A DNA stretch of 64,000 nucleotides from Chrysomallon squamiferum (lineage: Eukaryota; Animalia; Mollusca). The notes under the pieces are model-generated. The model had not been told where the DNA came from, did not search any database, and saw only the letters and a list, made by a program, of their open reading frames with translations. The translations under genes were made by a program, and so were the position numbers. The DNA is taken from positions 16,430,001 to 16,494,000 of the forward strand of contig CM022668.1 in NCBI GenBank assembly GCA_012295275.1, in the 5' to 3' direction. Numbering within the stretch: position 1 is the stretch's first letter; every line of letters begins with the position of its first letter. This document shows, piece by piece, positions 14,901-29,589 of this stretch.

Positions 14901-17900
14901 TTTCAGTTAGACACTTACCCCTTGCTAAGTTTTCTTACTGTATCAGAAACTTTTTCCCTGGCTTCATCATTCCAGATCAGTTCTGGATTCTCATGTGAGC
15001 CTGAAAAGACAATTTTAAATATTTAAAATCGAGAACAGTAATCATTAAAAATAAAAAATCTCCTGTAATATTAATTTACTGAATAATAATTATATATAAA
15101 TGTTAAAATCAAAGCTTGTATGCTGATGCAAAACTTACAATCCATGTTAACATTATCAAATAAAGTCATCTATCATTTTAAATATCTTAAATAAAAGTTT
15201 TACTACATTTACTCAGTAAGATATCACTACTAGAATATTCTGATCTCAACAGGTTTTATATTTTCTACAGGAACAACTTTTAAATGTAAAGGATATAATT
15301 TATTTACTGCTGCTCTGTATGTTAAGTGGTATTTTAAATAAATTTTGATTTTTAATTTTGTTGTTAATTTGATCACAGAGGACTCTACTTCTTGCTTTGT
15401 TTTTATTTTTATATTAATCAAGTCACAATTCTTGGTCAAACAACAGTTGAAGTTTTCTGGCAGCTATCTTTAACTAACAAGAAATTTTCACTGTTTATCA
15501 CCTTCAAACATGTGCACACTGGCCTCTGGCGAGTCTCTCATTGCATCCATGAATATCGCAGGCAGGAACTTGTTGAGGATTATTCTCACTTTCGGACCAA
15601 CCAGTTTGTCTGATAACATTTTAGCAAACAGTTCTGCAGTCTTCTCTCTGATCTGGGGGTTTGTGGCATTACAGAACAAATCAAGGAGATAGACAAGAGC
15701 TCCTTTGGCTAAAGCCTCCTTCACTATCTTTGTGTTAGACATCAGTGCAAACAAACTCTCCAGAGTTGACAGTCGACCTGCAGTTGTAGTAGAATTATTG
15801 AAAATAAAATATTTATATACTAGATGGGTGTGAATTAAATGTTCTGAACATACAGCTATGTACTGTGATAGGCAACTAATAATGTTTAAAACTGTCAATA
15901 TATTTTCTCAGTCTAATTAATTTAAACTTGTCAAATATTTATATCAAAGAAAGTATCTATTTGTAACATATTTCACAGTGAGTTGAAAAAAAAACCCGAT
16001 GATCAAAATGTCAATGTGATCTGTGAAAGATACTGAAATATCTGGAATAATTAAGATACTGAAATATCTGGAGAAACAATTTCAAAACTACCTAATTATC
16101 AATTCACTGTACCGAAATGATCTGTATTCAAACTTTTAATAGTGTCAAACATTAGAATGATTTATGCCAGTTTTTGGCTGTTGTTAACACTGAATTAAAA
16201 AAATAAAAATAATAATGTTTCTTTTTATTTTCTTTCTTCTAAAAGAAATCTGATATACAGATTTTCATGTATGTTTATCATTCAGTATCAAATGTTGAAG
16301 CTATACATGATTTGTATTTTATTTTTACTGGTGTTTTAAGACTACAGACATATTTTATATATAAAAAGTGATGTTCACTTACACTGAGGAATGCTGTGTA
16401 GTGTCAGCAGAAGATAGGCCAGCACTTCAGCAGCAGCAATGTCCTTGACACACTCCTGACATCCAGCTACGCAGTTGATCACCTGAAACAACGTTACGAC
16501 AACTACGTAAAACACTCATACATCTGTCTTTTACACAGTTCTATTACTACATCTTAGAATTCTATCAAATAAGTATGAATGAATACTTGTTTAATACCTG
16601 TGCCATACATTTTAGTATTAGCAAATTAGTGTCACTGCCAATATTTCAAATCAATTGTTAGTTATTAGGTTACATAATAATAACATCAAACATATTATCA
16701 CCAACACTACAGATTTTTTATTCATTAAGAGCAATGTTCTCATATATATATGTCACCATATATTTGTTTATAGAGATAAATATAGATAGATAGGTAGACA
16801 GATAGATAGATAGAGAGACAGATAAATCAGTGACAGAAATGACTAAAACAGATAATAGCCCAAAGAATGCAAAATACTGCTCCTTTGGTTCAAAAAGTCA
16901 TTTACTGTGGTATACATTACTACTGTTTCACTCAGTTCAGATTAGCAAAGAAAGTTTAATGTGTGCTTATCATAAATGGGAATGTATTTTCATTTAAAAT
17001 GTTCAGAAGAGAGTTTGACAAATCAGACTTAGTGCAATGGTTGTAAAGTGAATGAGTTAATAAAAAATAAATAAATAAATAAAAAAGAAAAAAAAGAAAG
17101 TAAAAAATAAAATAAAATAAAATAAAATAATATACCTCTAGAGCGCACTGTTGTAGTTTGACACAGTTTTCCAGTCTAAGAAGAGCAAACAGCAACTTGA
17201 AGTGTCCAATACACTGAATTTCAACACCTGTAATTTCATAAAATTATCATCTAAAACCAACATAAAACTGATCTACAGCTGACATAAAACTATCATCTAC
17301 AACTGACATGAAACTATCATCTACAACTGACATAAAATTATCATCTAAAACCAACACAAAACTGATCTACAGCTGACATAAAACTATCATCTACAACTGA
17401 CATAAAACTATCATCTACAACTGACATAAAACTATCATCTACAACTGACATAAAACTATCATCTAAAACTGATATAAAATTATCATCTACAACTAACATA
17501 AAATTATCATCTACAACTGACATGACCAGAATAATAAGCAGTAAAAGCAATTACATCTTTTTATGAGAGAACTATATTAAATCAGAAATTTAGAAAACAC
17601 ATATATTTTATTTTACAAGTACATGATAACTTACTTAAAGATATTAAAGGTTTTATATATATAAATATATGCTTTATGTATTATATATACTGTATTACCT
17701 GGGTTATTTTTGATAACATTGCACAAAGCCTCCAGAGCCATCTCAACCTTGGACAACCTTCCAACCTGATCTGACTTCATAGCTGACTTCCCTTGCTGTT
17801 GAAGCATCATCAGAGAGTGCAGATACTGTAACAGAGATTGTTTCATATATAAATATATAAATAGTGTGTGTGTGTGTGTGTGTGTTAGGCAATGTAATAG

Positions 17901-18045
17901 TGTAATATATCATCAGAGAGTGCAGATACTGTAACAGAGATTGTTTCATATATAAATATATAAATAGTGTGTGTGTGATAGTATAATATATCATCAGAGA
18001 GTGCAGATACTGTAACAGAGATTGTTTTATATATAAATATATAAA

Positions 18046-18091
<46 letters not shown>

Positions 18092-18269
18092 GGCAATGTA
18101 ATAGTGTAATATATCATCAGAGAGTGCAGATACTGTAACAGAGATTGTTTCATATATAAATATATAAATAGTGTGTGTGTGTGTGTGTGTTAGGCAATGT
18201 AATAGTGTAATATATCATCAGAGAGTGCAGATACTGTAACAGAGATTGTTTCATATATAAATATATAAA

Positions 18270-18303
<34 letters not shown>

Positions 18304-18516
18304 GCAATGTAATAATATATCATCAGTGTAATAGAGATTGTTTCAAAATATATCAATCAGAGTAGTGCAATATATCATGTAAACAGAGATTGTTTCATAT
18401 ATAAATATATAAATAGTGTGTGTGTGTGTGTGTGTTAGGCAATGTAATAGTGTAATATATCATCAGAGAGTGCAGATACTGTAACAGAGATTGTTTCATA
18501 TATAAATATATAAATA

Positions 18517-18547
<31 letters not shown>

Positions 18548-19617
18548 TCTAATAGTGTAATATATCATCAGAGAGTGCAGATACTATAACAGAGATTGTT
18601 TCATATATAAATATATAAATAATGTGTGTGTGTGTGTGTGTTAGGCATGTAATAGTGTAATATATCATCAGAAAGTATATATATATAAATATAAATCATA
18701 TTACACAGTGACAGTTACAAAGCACTCAGTTCACCTGATGTTAAAATGTTTAAATGTAAACAATTTACTTACTTGGGCCTGGGAACCTAATAGTCAAAAT
18801 TGTTTCAATATAAATATATAAATACTTGGGCCTGGGAACCTAAATAGTCAAGCAAGTCAATTGTGAAACCCTTAGGATTCTGTAAAGGGCAAAAATAAAA
18901 AATAAAATGAAATATTTATTATTAAAAAAATAATAATAAATAAAATAATAAAAATAAATAAATAAATAGATAAATAAATAAATAAAAGAATAATTAATAA
19001 TAATAATAAAAATACATGTTCAGTTTGATCAATTCAGTGAATCTGATAATACTTTCATTTCAGCATTGATAATATTTAGTAGTATTAGTATTTAACATCA
19101 AATACTGTAATATTAATAATCAACTAATAATCATTGTAACACAAAAGTTGTATTTACATGATAGAAAATAATCCTTACCACATTACAGGTAGGTCAATAT
19201 ACCATCACAACAACATAATCTAAGGTAGAGATACATGTGAGAAAGGATTTGGATATTTCTAAGTAAGAGAAAAGTGACAAAGTTACCTCCAGTGGAAATG
19301 TTGGCTGTTCATTGTACACGCGGACAAATATTTCTCCAACTATGAGCTCTTTAGCATGAATTTCAAACACAAACTGTGTTCCATACCCCTCATCACACTC
19401 ACCCTGAAATCAAACATCTGTTTATAACTATCTTTAATTATTCAGCTGTTTTAACAACTATACATTACAGAAAAGAGATATGCACACCCACACACACACC
19501 CACACAGAGACAGACAGACAGACACCCACACACACACCCACACAGACAGACAGACAGACACCCACACCCACACACACAGAGACAGACAGACAGACACACA
19601 CAGAGACAGAGACAGAT

Positions 19618-19648
<31 letters not shown>

Positions 19649-19707
19649 GACAGACACACATAGAGACAGACAGACAGACACACACAGAGACAGAGACAGA
19701 CAGACAG

Positions 19708-19740
<33 letters not shown>

Positions 19741-22700
19741 GACAGACAGACACACACATGTAATTTCAAACTTACAGTTCTGACTATTTTCTGCTGCTGT
19801 TCTGTGAGGTATTCTAACAACTGCGCTTTGTTGCATTGTCCCAGATCAAGTACGGGTTTTCTGTGTTACTATTTAACAGCTTCAGCAGCTGAAAGCATCA
19901 CACTTAACTAATCAACAAAACTGAAAAAATCCTTCAAATATCAAATAAATAAAAATTACACTACACAAAATAATCAGTATCCAAAGAACGAATAAAACAA
20001 TTTAGAAAACAATAAAGAATACTTTTTGTTTCAAAATAGTTAGGATTTGGATGCCATACTTATTTGTTTATTATTCAGTAAATAAGATTAGTATTTAAAA
20101 AACATTATGTTTAGCTATATGATTTTTCTCTGCAGGTTTTCAATGTAAACAAAAATACTGTTCTATTTAACATTTGAAGCTTGTTTGTTTAGTTATGTGC
20201 TTTGTCTATGGACAATATCAAATATTTCTGTTTAAACATCATTACAGTTAACTGTGTAACTCTGATGTAAAGGTTTGTAATCAATACATTTTCAGTTTAA
20301 AATCAACAATTTAAGAGTTTCAAATGAACAATCTATGAGTTTAAAATAAAAAACTATGAGTTTAAAATCAACACTCTCCGAGTTTAAAATCAACAAACCT
20401 CTGAGTTTAAAATAAAAAACTATGAGTTTAAAATCAACACTCTCTGAGTTTAAAATCAATAATTCTAAGAGTTTAAAATCAATAATTCTAAGAGTTTAAA
20501 ATCAACAAACCTCTGTTGAGTTCTCGTTGGACAGTTTTCTGGACATGTAAGGTGTCAACATGGCAGACAGAGAATTCTTCACAGCAGGGTTGTCAGGACT
20601 AGAATGAGGACTCTTGTTGTCATAGTAACCACCCAGTCTGGCACAGGCTCTCACACTCAGTCTGGCTAGTTCATTAGCTACTTCCTAACAACAGACAAAA
20701 ATATGTGTGAGGGTGAAAATTAAGGGGGAAAATGTGGGAAACATTTTAAAAAATCTTAATTTTTTGATGTTACAGAACTGAAACTTCATGGAAATAATTC
20801 GCTCTTATTACCATAAAAAACTAGTATACTAGTTTTTAGTTTTTTATTAACCAATTATCATTTTTATTCTTGTTTTTTTTTTTGTTTTTATCAGTGTTTA
20901 TGTATCCTATTTCATGAACCTCTCCAACTCAAACCCAAATCAATACATATATACATATAATTGTATCATTCAAACTGCTGGGGTTTATCACAGATGTGTT
21001 TTTCTACAAAATAATACAAAGAAATTAGTCTTCTGAAGATGAGAAAGGGTCCAGTGACTAAAGCAGCATTTAAAACAACACAACTACAGCTTACACAACA
21101 AAAACAGAAAATGTAGACAAAAAACCTGCTGGTTAGTTTTTCCACTCTTCTCCACCCCACCCTCCTCTAACGTGTAGTCGTAGTTGAAGAGGTAGATGAG
21201 AAGATGCCAGAGTACACCAGACTGATGTAGATTTGTCTGCAGCCAGAAGTCTACACACAACTTGGCGATGCTGTCGCACACCACACAACACAGGTCTTGA
21301 AGATTCTGATAGAAACAGTTACAAGTGTTTTATATATAAACAAATAGTAAAAACAATTCTCTGAATAATTTATAATATACATAACCACACAACACAGGTC
21401 TTGAAGATTCTGATAGAAACAGTTACAAGTGTTTTATATATAAACAAATAGCAAAAACAATTCTCTGAATAATTTATAATATATATAACCACACATATAA
21501 TTGTTTTATTTATTTATAAACTAATACAGAAAACAACATTCTATAATGAATAATTTGATAATAAGCAACCCCCATGAGATTCTGAATTTTTAAAAAAAAT
21601 TTAATTATTTTATATATTTACAAAGTAATAGAGAAAACATTTTGATTAGAATAATTTGATAATAACAGTAACAAACAATCGAAGTTATGAAAATTCTGAT
21701 AATAAAAAAATAATTACTTTAAAATAAAGTATTCTACAGAGATCTTTGATGATGGCCGATGTTTCCTGTATTTTTTCTCGGCAACCCTCGAACTGCGCAG
21801 CGACTGCGTAGCACTTTGAGATGTACATGCACACGTGCACTGCCATGTCGTCTGGCTTGCTCGACTGACTCAGAACGTTCACACATCGGGCAAACGCTTG
21901 CTGCAGAACCTGTGTGAAAACATTTCATTAAAAACAGTGAAAACATTTCATTAAAAACAGTGAAAACATTGCATTAAAAACAGTGAAAACATTTCATTAA
22001 AAACAGTGAAAACATTTCATTAAAAACAGTGTAAACATTTTATTAAAAAGAGTAAAAACATTTCATTAAAACAACGTAAACATTCACAAACTGCTCAGTT
22101 CAGACGTTGAAGAAAATGAACTGGTTTGATGGTTGTCACTGTTTATCATACAATACTGAATCTCCTTCCAAAAATATTTTTGGTTCAGTCAGTAATTATA
22201 AACAGTAAATAATTTTTTTTTTTGAAATAAATAAATTTGAAAAAATAAAAATAAAAATAATGATAATAAAATCATCATCATCAAAATAATAAATAAAAAA
22301 AAAAAACCAGTAATTCTAAAAAGCAATTATGAGAAAAAAAAAATAAAGCAACAAACAAAATCCAAATTAATCATATTCAACTAGAAATATTTGAAAGAAT
22401 AAAAAGCAAAAATATTTCAGAACCCAGATTAAATCTAATTAAAATACTTAATCCAGTCCAGGTGAAATATGTAACGAGGAGGTTAAATTAGACTAAAATC
22501 ACCTGAATTCCGTTTTCTCGTCTCAGCTCCTCTGCGTTGAGAGCGGAGCAGTTGACTGTGTGGTAGGCGAGTTCGCTGGCAGCAACCAGCAGCGGAGCTG
22601 ACTTAGAAAACAGCTGATCATCATTTGTCTCCATCTGTATCGTCTTCACCAGCATCGGGTAGCCAGCGTATTTGTACGGGTGAAGCTCTGAGAACAAAAA

Positions 22701-25700
22701 TAAAACAAGTATTTGAGTGTACAGCAGAATTACAGACTAACAGTAAATCAAATGAAAATTTTGAGAAATTAAAAATAGAGGAAATTGACCAACCTGTAAT
22801 TAACCAAAAGAAATCAATACAGAACTTTATTAATTAAAAATGCTCTTTTTTTAATTTCATAAATCTGATTAATGATACATTTACAGCAAACTCATTTCAG
22901 AAAATAACAAATAATAACAAATAAAAGAAAAAATTATACTGAATAAATAATTAAGTTATTTTGTAAAGGAAGTTATATATAAATGGCCAACAAAAAATAA
23001 ACAAAACAAAAAAGAAGAAAAAAAGAAAACTAATACTGAATTTTATTAATTAAAAATGATTTATAATTCTTCATAAAATCTAAGACTTGTCTGATCACCA
23101 ATACATCACTGCATACATTCAGACATCACATTAATAACATCTAAATGAAAGAATTACATTTGTTTAACAACACTCATTACATTTTTCGTCTTATCTTATC
23201 AAAACTATTTTTCTACTGATGTATTAAAGAAAAACCTTAATTCTTAGCAGCTAGAGACCTTATATACGCACCTCCTCACATACAGGAAAACACACTGCAT
23301 CATGTTTAACACACCACTCTTTAGCTATGTCTGATTTTATACCACTGAGGAGCATTGATCCTATAAGCTATCATGTCTTAGGCCTGCTGCAGCTTGCATA
23401 TAAATAAACAAGTGTAAGAAATAGTGCTCACCTTCCTGGTGTCTGCTGAAGAGGATGGACTGAGCTTTCAGAATGAGGACAATGTTCTGTGGGTCTGGCC
23501 CATCTCTCACTTTCGACTTGCTGCACAGGAACTCGTAAGCCTTGTTCACTTGTTCAAATATGTCCTGAAAATAATTACACACACAGTGAACACTGAGCTA
23601 ACACAAACAGCCTCCAGTTGAAGTATTTCTTCCTTTTATTATTCCTACTGCTATTACACTATTATGATTAATATTGTTGCTGTTGTTGTTTTATTATTAT
23701 TATTGTTATTATTATTATTATTATTATTAATTTATGTATTTTGTTATCTGTTTATTTTGTATCATTCTGGAGGTTTGTTAAAACTGTCTTTACAGATATG
23801 ACTGAAACAATTCTAGTCAGCATAGTGACCAACGTAGTTGTTCTTTATTATAATTTATAACTGACAAATGAATTACTTGAAACTGCTTAAAACTTAATTC
23901 TTTTAACTTCATCTTTATTTTTCAATGAAAACAAATTATTATAGTTTATAAGGAATATTATTATATGATGGAATGACCTAATATATTTGTTTTATTTTTA
24001 TTTAATTTTGTAATTCAGTCATTTTCACATGATGAAACATTTCTGGTAAAAGAAATATTAACACACAAACTATTGTAAAAATTTGTTGTTAAAATTAGAA
24101 AAAAAATTAAAATTCTTACTCTTCCTTCTGGATTTTTGTCTGGATGGTATTTCTGTGCTAGTTTGAAATATGCTTTCCTGATTTTACTTTCATCATGACT
24201 GAAAAAAAAAATATTTACTCTGAACCATTTATAAATTCTGCATGTCTTGTATATATGAAGTTACATCATGTGAGACAAGAAAGAAAATTAAATGGCTCTC
24301 CAGCTTCAACTACCGTCTGAATTTATCAGTAGCACAGACTGAGTTACAGTCACAAATAAACACTTGTGGAAATGTTAACAATGTTTTGTTTCTGTGATAA
24401 AAGAGTAAACTTTATGACACTGAGTGAGTGACTTTGTTTGATGTCTGTTCCTGGTGAAGCAGGACTTCATTGTGAAAGATTACAAACTTACCCTCCTGAT
24501 GCTTTTTTCAAATTCAGAATCGTGTAAGCCTCTTCTATAGACATGGTGGGAGGTTTCTTTTCTACTTCCTGTTTCCAAGCCTCTAAGATATCCTTCAGCA
24601 GTTTCACCTGAAACAAAAAATGTACCATTGATGATAAAAAGAAAGTAAGGCTTTGTGCCTTCACAACAGCCAAAAAAAAAAAAAAAAAGAATTAAGAAAA
24701 ATAATAACAGAAAAAATCTCTCTTGAACTGTCAAAAATTGTGTTAATCATATCATCATTATCAATGCTAGATACAGACATCTAAAACATGAATAAACAAA
24801 TGTTTAATGAAAATAGATGCATTGCCCATTGAAACTAAAGGTAAACATATGACTATTATCATATACTTGTATTTTGTTGTCAAAATTTAAATTTGTAACA
24901 TCATAATGAGCCAAGTATAGATAGTACGGACAACATGCAATTTTCTAACATACGAAAGTTGTGCTTTAAGCACTTCACCTATACTTTCTAAAAGCAGAGT
25001 AACAACACTAACCGGGTCTTTGATTGTCCAGTCAGGAAACTTGCTGGTATCACAGAGATGCTTCAGGTAATAGATGTTACAGAAGAGTTCGTTTTCTAGC
25101 TGGGGGTAGTTGATCAGGGGGATGGGACAATACTGGTACAGAGCTCGGGTGTTGCTCATCAGACGGGGAGAGAAGTCAGCGAGGTGCGACGCAATTTTCT
25201 CTATCATCATACACCTGTTTACAAACATATAATTACTTTTAGTTAACTACTCGCGTTTTAAACACACTTAATATTTCTTTATTTATACTGAATATTATTT
25301 TTGTCACACAAATTGATATCCACTTAATAGTGAGAAAAACAAAGGTAGATACAAAATAAAAAGAAAAAAAACCTGCCTCATTTCATTGTTCCAGATGGCT
25401 TCAGGTGTGTCAAACTCTCCCAGGAAGATTTCAGCGAAGCGTTCAGGTGAGTAGTTCTCCAGGTAACACACCATCGCCTCAGGCAGGATTGGACCTACAA
25501 CACTGCACTGCAGAATGTCTGAGTTCTTTTGCTGAACAAAACAACAAATGTCTTCAGTTAATTCTTGTGAGCCAAGTTATATTTCACATCTTAAATCTTC
25601 TGAGAGAATAACAATAAACTAATTATAATGAATATCTTCAAATAATAGGAAATTAGTAATTGAAATTGGTGTCAGTCTTATAGAATATGTAAGATTCTGC

Positions 25701-28700
25701 TAGTGTGAACATACATTCTCTTGTGCAGTTAACACATAGACACCCTATATAACAACAATAAAATAAAACAATAAAAACTAGTGTAGCTCTTCTTCTTAGA
25801 ATACCTATTTAATAGGTGTATTTAAGTAAGAAATTGTAATGATCATTACGTTATAAAATTATAAAACAATAAAATCTAGACTATCTGTTAGGAATCCTAT
25901 TTAAAATGAGTATTTAAGAAACTGTAGTAGTTATATATCTACACAACAACTGTCAAACTAAAACTGGCTTACCTCTTGTGTATTTAAATAAGAAATTTTA
26001 ATAGTTATTACTCTGTGAGACAGCTATGAAAACCTTTTCAGCTCAGAATGCCTGTTTAAGGTGAGTGTATTTAAGAAAGAACTGTACTAATTATCACCCT
26101 ATATGACAACTATAAAAAAAACCTAAACTTTTTAAGATGTGTGTATTTAAATAGGAAATTTTAGTAGTTATCTGTAAGAAGTATAAAAAGAGAACTGACT
26201 TACTTCCTCAGCTTGGAATGCCTGTTTGAGATGAGTGTATTTAAGAAAGAACTGTACTAATTATCACTAATTAACTTTTTAAGATGTGTGTATTTAAATA
26301 AGAAATATCTGTAAGAAGTATAAAAATAAAACACTTACTTCCTCAGCTTGGAATGCCTGTTTGAGATGAGTGTATTTAAATAAGAAATTGTAATAGTTAT
26401 TACTCTGTTAGAAGTATAAAAAGAAAACTGACTTACTTCCTCAGCTCGGAATGCCTGTTTGAGATGAGTGTATTTAAATAAGAAACTGTAATAGTTATTA
26501 CTCTGTTAGAAGTATAAAAAGAGAACTGACTTACTTCCTCAGCTCGGAATGCCTGTTTGAGATGAGTGTATTTAAATAAGAAACTGTAATAGTTATTACT
26601 CTGTTAGAAGTATAAAAATAAAACTGACTTACTTCCTCAGCTCGGAATGCCTGTTTGAGATGAGTGTATTTGAGAAAGCGGGAGATTGGAAGAACGTTTG
26701 ATCCGGTGTACATCATCACAAAGAAGAAGACGCCAGACAGGTAGAGACGAGAGACGTTGGGGTTGTCCTGCATGATCAAGTACAACAACGTGGCCACCTT
26801 CTCAACAAGAACTGGGTCAAAGGTCAACAACAACTGTAAGATAAACAAACTAAACTGTATAAATAATCAGATATTATTTCCACACTGAAACCAAACTTAA
26901 ACTATAATTTTAATTAAAAAATAAAATAAAAATATATCTTTTTAATTGCTGAATCAAAATCAGTTTCAGTAGAATATTTTTACAAACTACAAAACTGAAT
27001 AAAAAAGGTATTTTTTCTACTGGACATGTTGATAATTAAGTGGACAAAATCAGTAATAAGAAAGATTATTCAACAAAAGCTTTTGTGAGAAGAAAATTCA
27101 CCTGTACTAAATGTGGCAGACAGGTTGCGTCTGACAACATTCGTTTTATTCTTGGCAGTGGACGCACAACGGCACCATCGTTGTCTCTGAAATAAATGAC
27201 ATTATTTTAGTTTTATAAAGAAAGAAATGACATTATTTTACAGTTTTATAAATAAATAAATTACATTATTTTACAGTTTTATAAAGAAATAAATGACATT
27301 ATTTTACAGTTTTATAAAGAAAGAAATAAGACACAAATAATATTTACATTACAAAATTTAAAATTAATGAATGCTAAAATTACTGGAAGAATTTATAAAA
27401 TCTTATTCTTCAGCATTATACATATATAGTAAAATAAATAACATTCATAAAAGAAAACACAAAATGTGACAAAAATATATACTGAAATAAATACTTTTTT
27501 AAAATTAGTGATCACAGGTTTTTTTTTTTTCTTTACACGTACTGACAAAAGAGTGAAGTATGGGTGAATTTTACTTATTATTAAAAAAAGCACATATATC
27601 ACAGGTTTTAATTAATCAATCACAGAGCCCAGGCTGGATTGGGAAACACGGAGCTGACTGTGTGACAATCATACACTCATAGTTACGTCTGTCTCATGTC
27701 CAATGCAGATAAAACAAAATTTAAAAATGTGCAGTTCTGAGACACATCTTACCTACTGGGGTAGTATTCAGTCATGCGTATCAGCATGTTGAGGATCAGC
27801 GTGGCCAGCTCGCTCTCATTCATCACTGGCTGACCACTGGCCAGCAGAGTCCACTTGAGTTGTGAGACTGACACCAGAGGGCGCCACCCATCCATGCCCT
27901 GTGCCCAGCACCGAGTCTTTGCGTGAATCGTTCCATCGTTCCAGAAATCCTTCATCTTCAAACATTTCAGTTGTTTAGTTACTTTGATAAATGTTTTATG
28001 ATGGTGCAGAGAAGATAATTTATAAAAGCGTTAACATAAAAGATTGATCTGCTTTTGAACCAGTAATCTTTTGTTAACTTTTAAAAAGTAAACAGGCTTA
28101 CAGATGTCATTTTATTTCATATTTGTGTGTGTGTGTGTGTTTTTTTACAAAACTACATATTTGATATGCAAATTCAATGAACAAATGATTATTCTGCATT
28201 AACACTATTTGATAATGTATAAGATGGTTTTATATGTGGTTCAAATTACTGGTCAGTCATTTCTGTCTCAGAACTTGTAAAAAATATACATGCACATTTA
28301 CATACACACACACATCCACCTGATACAGATACGATATTTCAAGAAATGAGGACAAAGCAAGTTTAAGCTGGTTAAAACATTAACAAGAAAACTGCTCCCA
28401 CCTCTTCAAAGCTGTACGGACCAAGCCTCTCCTTGTCCTTGTTTCCAAAATACCACTCCTTCTCACTGTCTCGTCTCATGTCTGGAGACGCCTCTATCAC
28501 ATTGCTCTGTGTAAAACAGCTTATTATTTACCAACAGTTTATGAATAACAAATATTTAAAACAATGCATTTTAACATTATAGCTATTAGGTATGACAGAC
28601 CTTTCAATCTGTAAAAAACCTGCTGTTGTTACTATGGAAATACTTGTAAAGGTTACCAAAAAAGGATTTGTTTAAAAACATCAATGGAAATTAAAACTGA

Positions 28701-29553
28701 GGGGTACAGGCTAAATGATAAACATACCTAAATGGGGTACTGAGAAAAAAAATCTGTAACTGAAAAAACCTGAAGTGAATGTTAACAACTGAGTTAAAAA
28801 GCCTCTTTCTAAATGAGAAATAATATTTATCTTGAGAAAACTGAATTAAAAATTAATATGTGGGGTTATTCTCTAAGATATTACTGTAAAATTGATAATT
28901 TACGTGTAGTGGAGAAGTAAATCTATTCTGTGGTTTAAAATTTTAATTCTGTTACCTGCAGTGGAACAGTAGCTCTAGATGTGTGCAGGTGAGCCAGAGT
29001 GAGAATATCAACAAGAACCTTGACACCCCCAGCATCCATGATTTCCTTGACATTTCTCTGAAAAACACACAAGCTGATATTATCAAATGACCTGTAGTAC
29101 AAGCAGGATAATGTTCCTTTACACATGCACACATTTTATTTATTTATTTATTTATTTTATATCCTGCAGTTAAAAAATTACCCTTCAGACACAACTGTTA
29201 AGGTGAAATTATTAAAAAGAAAAAAATGGTGATGAAACAGAATGTGGTAAAGAACACTGGTTTAAACATTACAACTAACAATCATCAAGATAACTGTTGT
29301 AATTTTTCATGTGTCAGTGTACTGACTGTTCAGATATCACCAGTCACATTTTGAACCATTGATTTCTGTGCTTGATAAACTGATTCTAAATACATTTGAT
29401 TTGTTACTGAAATAAAGCTGGTTGGCAGTAATACTTACAGGATGAAGTATCAGCTTGTTGAGGAACAAGATCAATCTGTCTCTTTCCAGACGATCAGTGC
29501 ACTGAAACAAAAACATTTTAAACATTTTAGAAATTAACAGTAACAACAACAAC

Positions 29554-29589
<36 letters not shown>

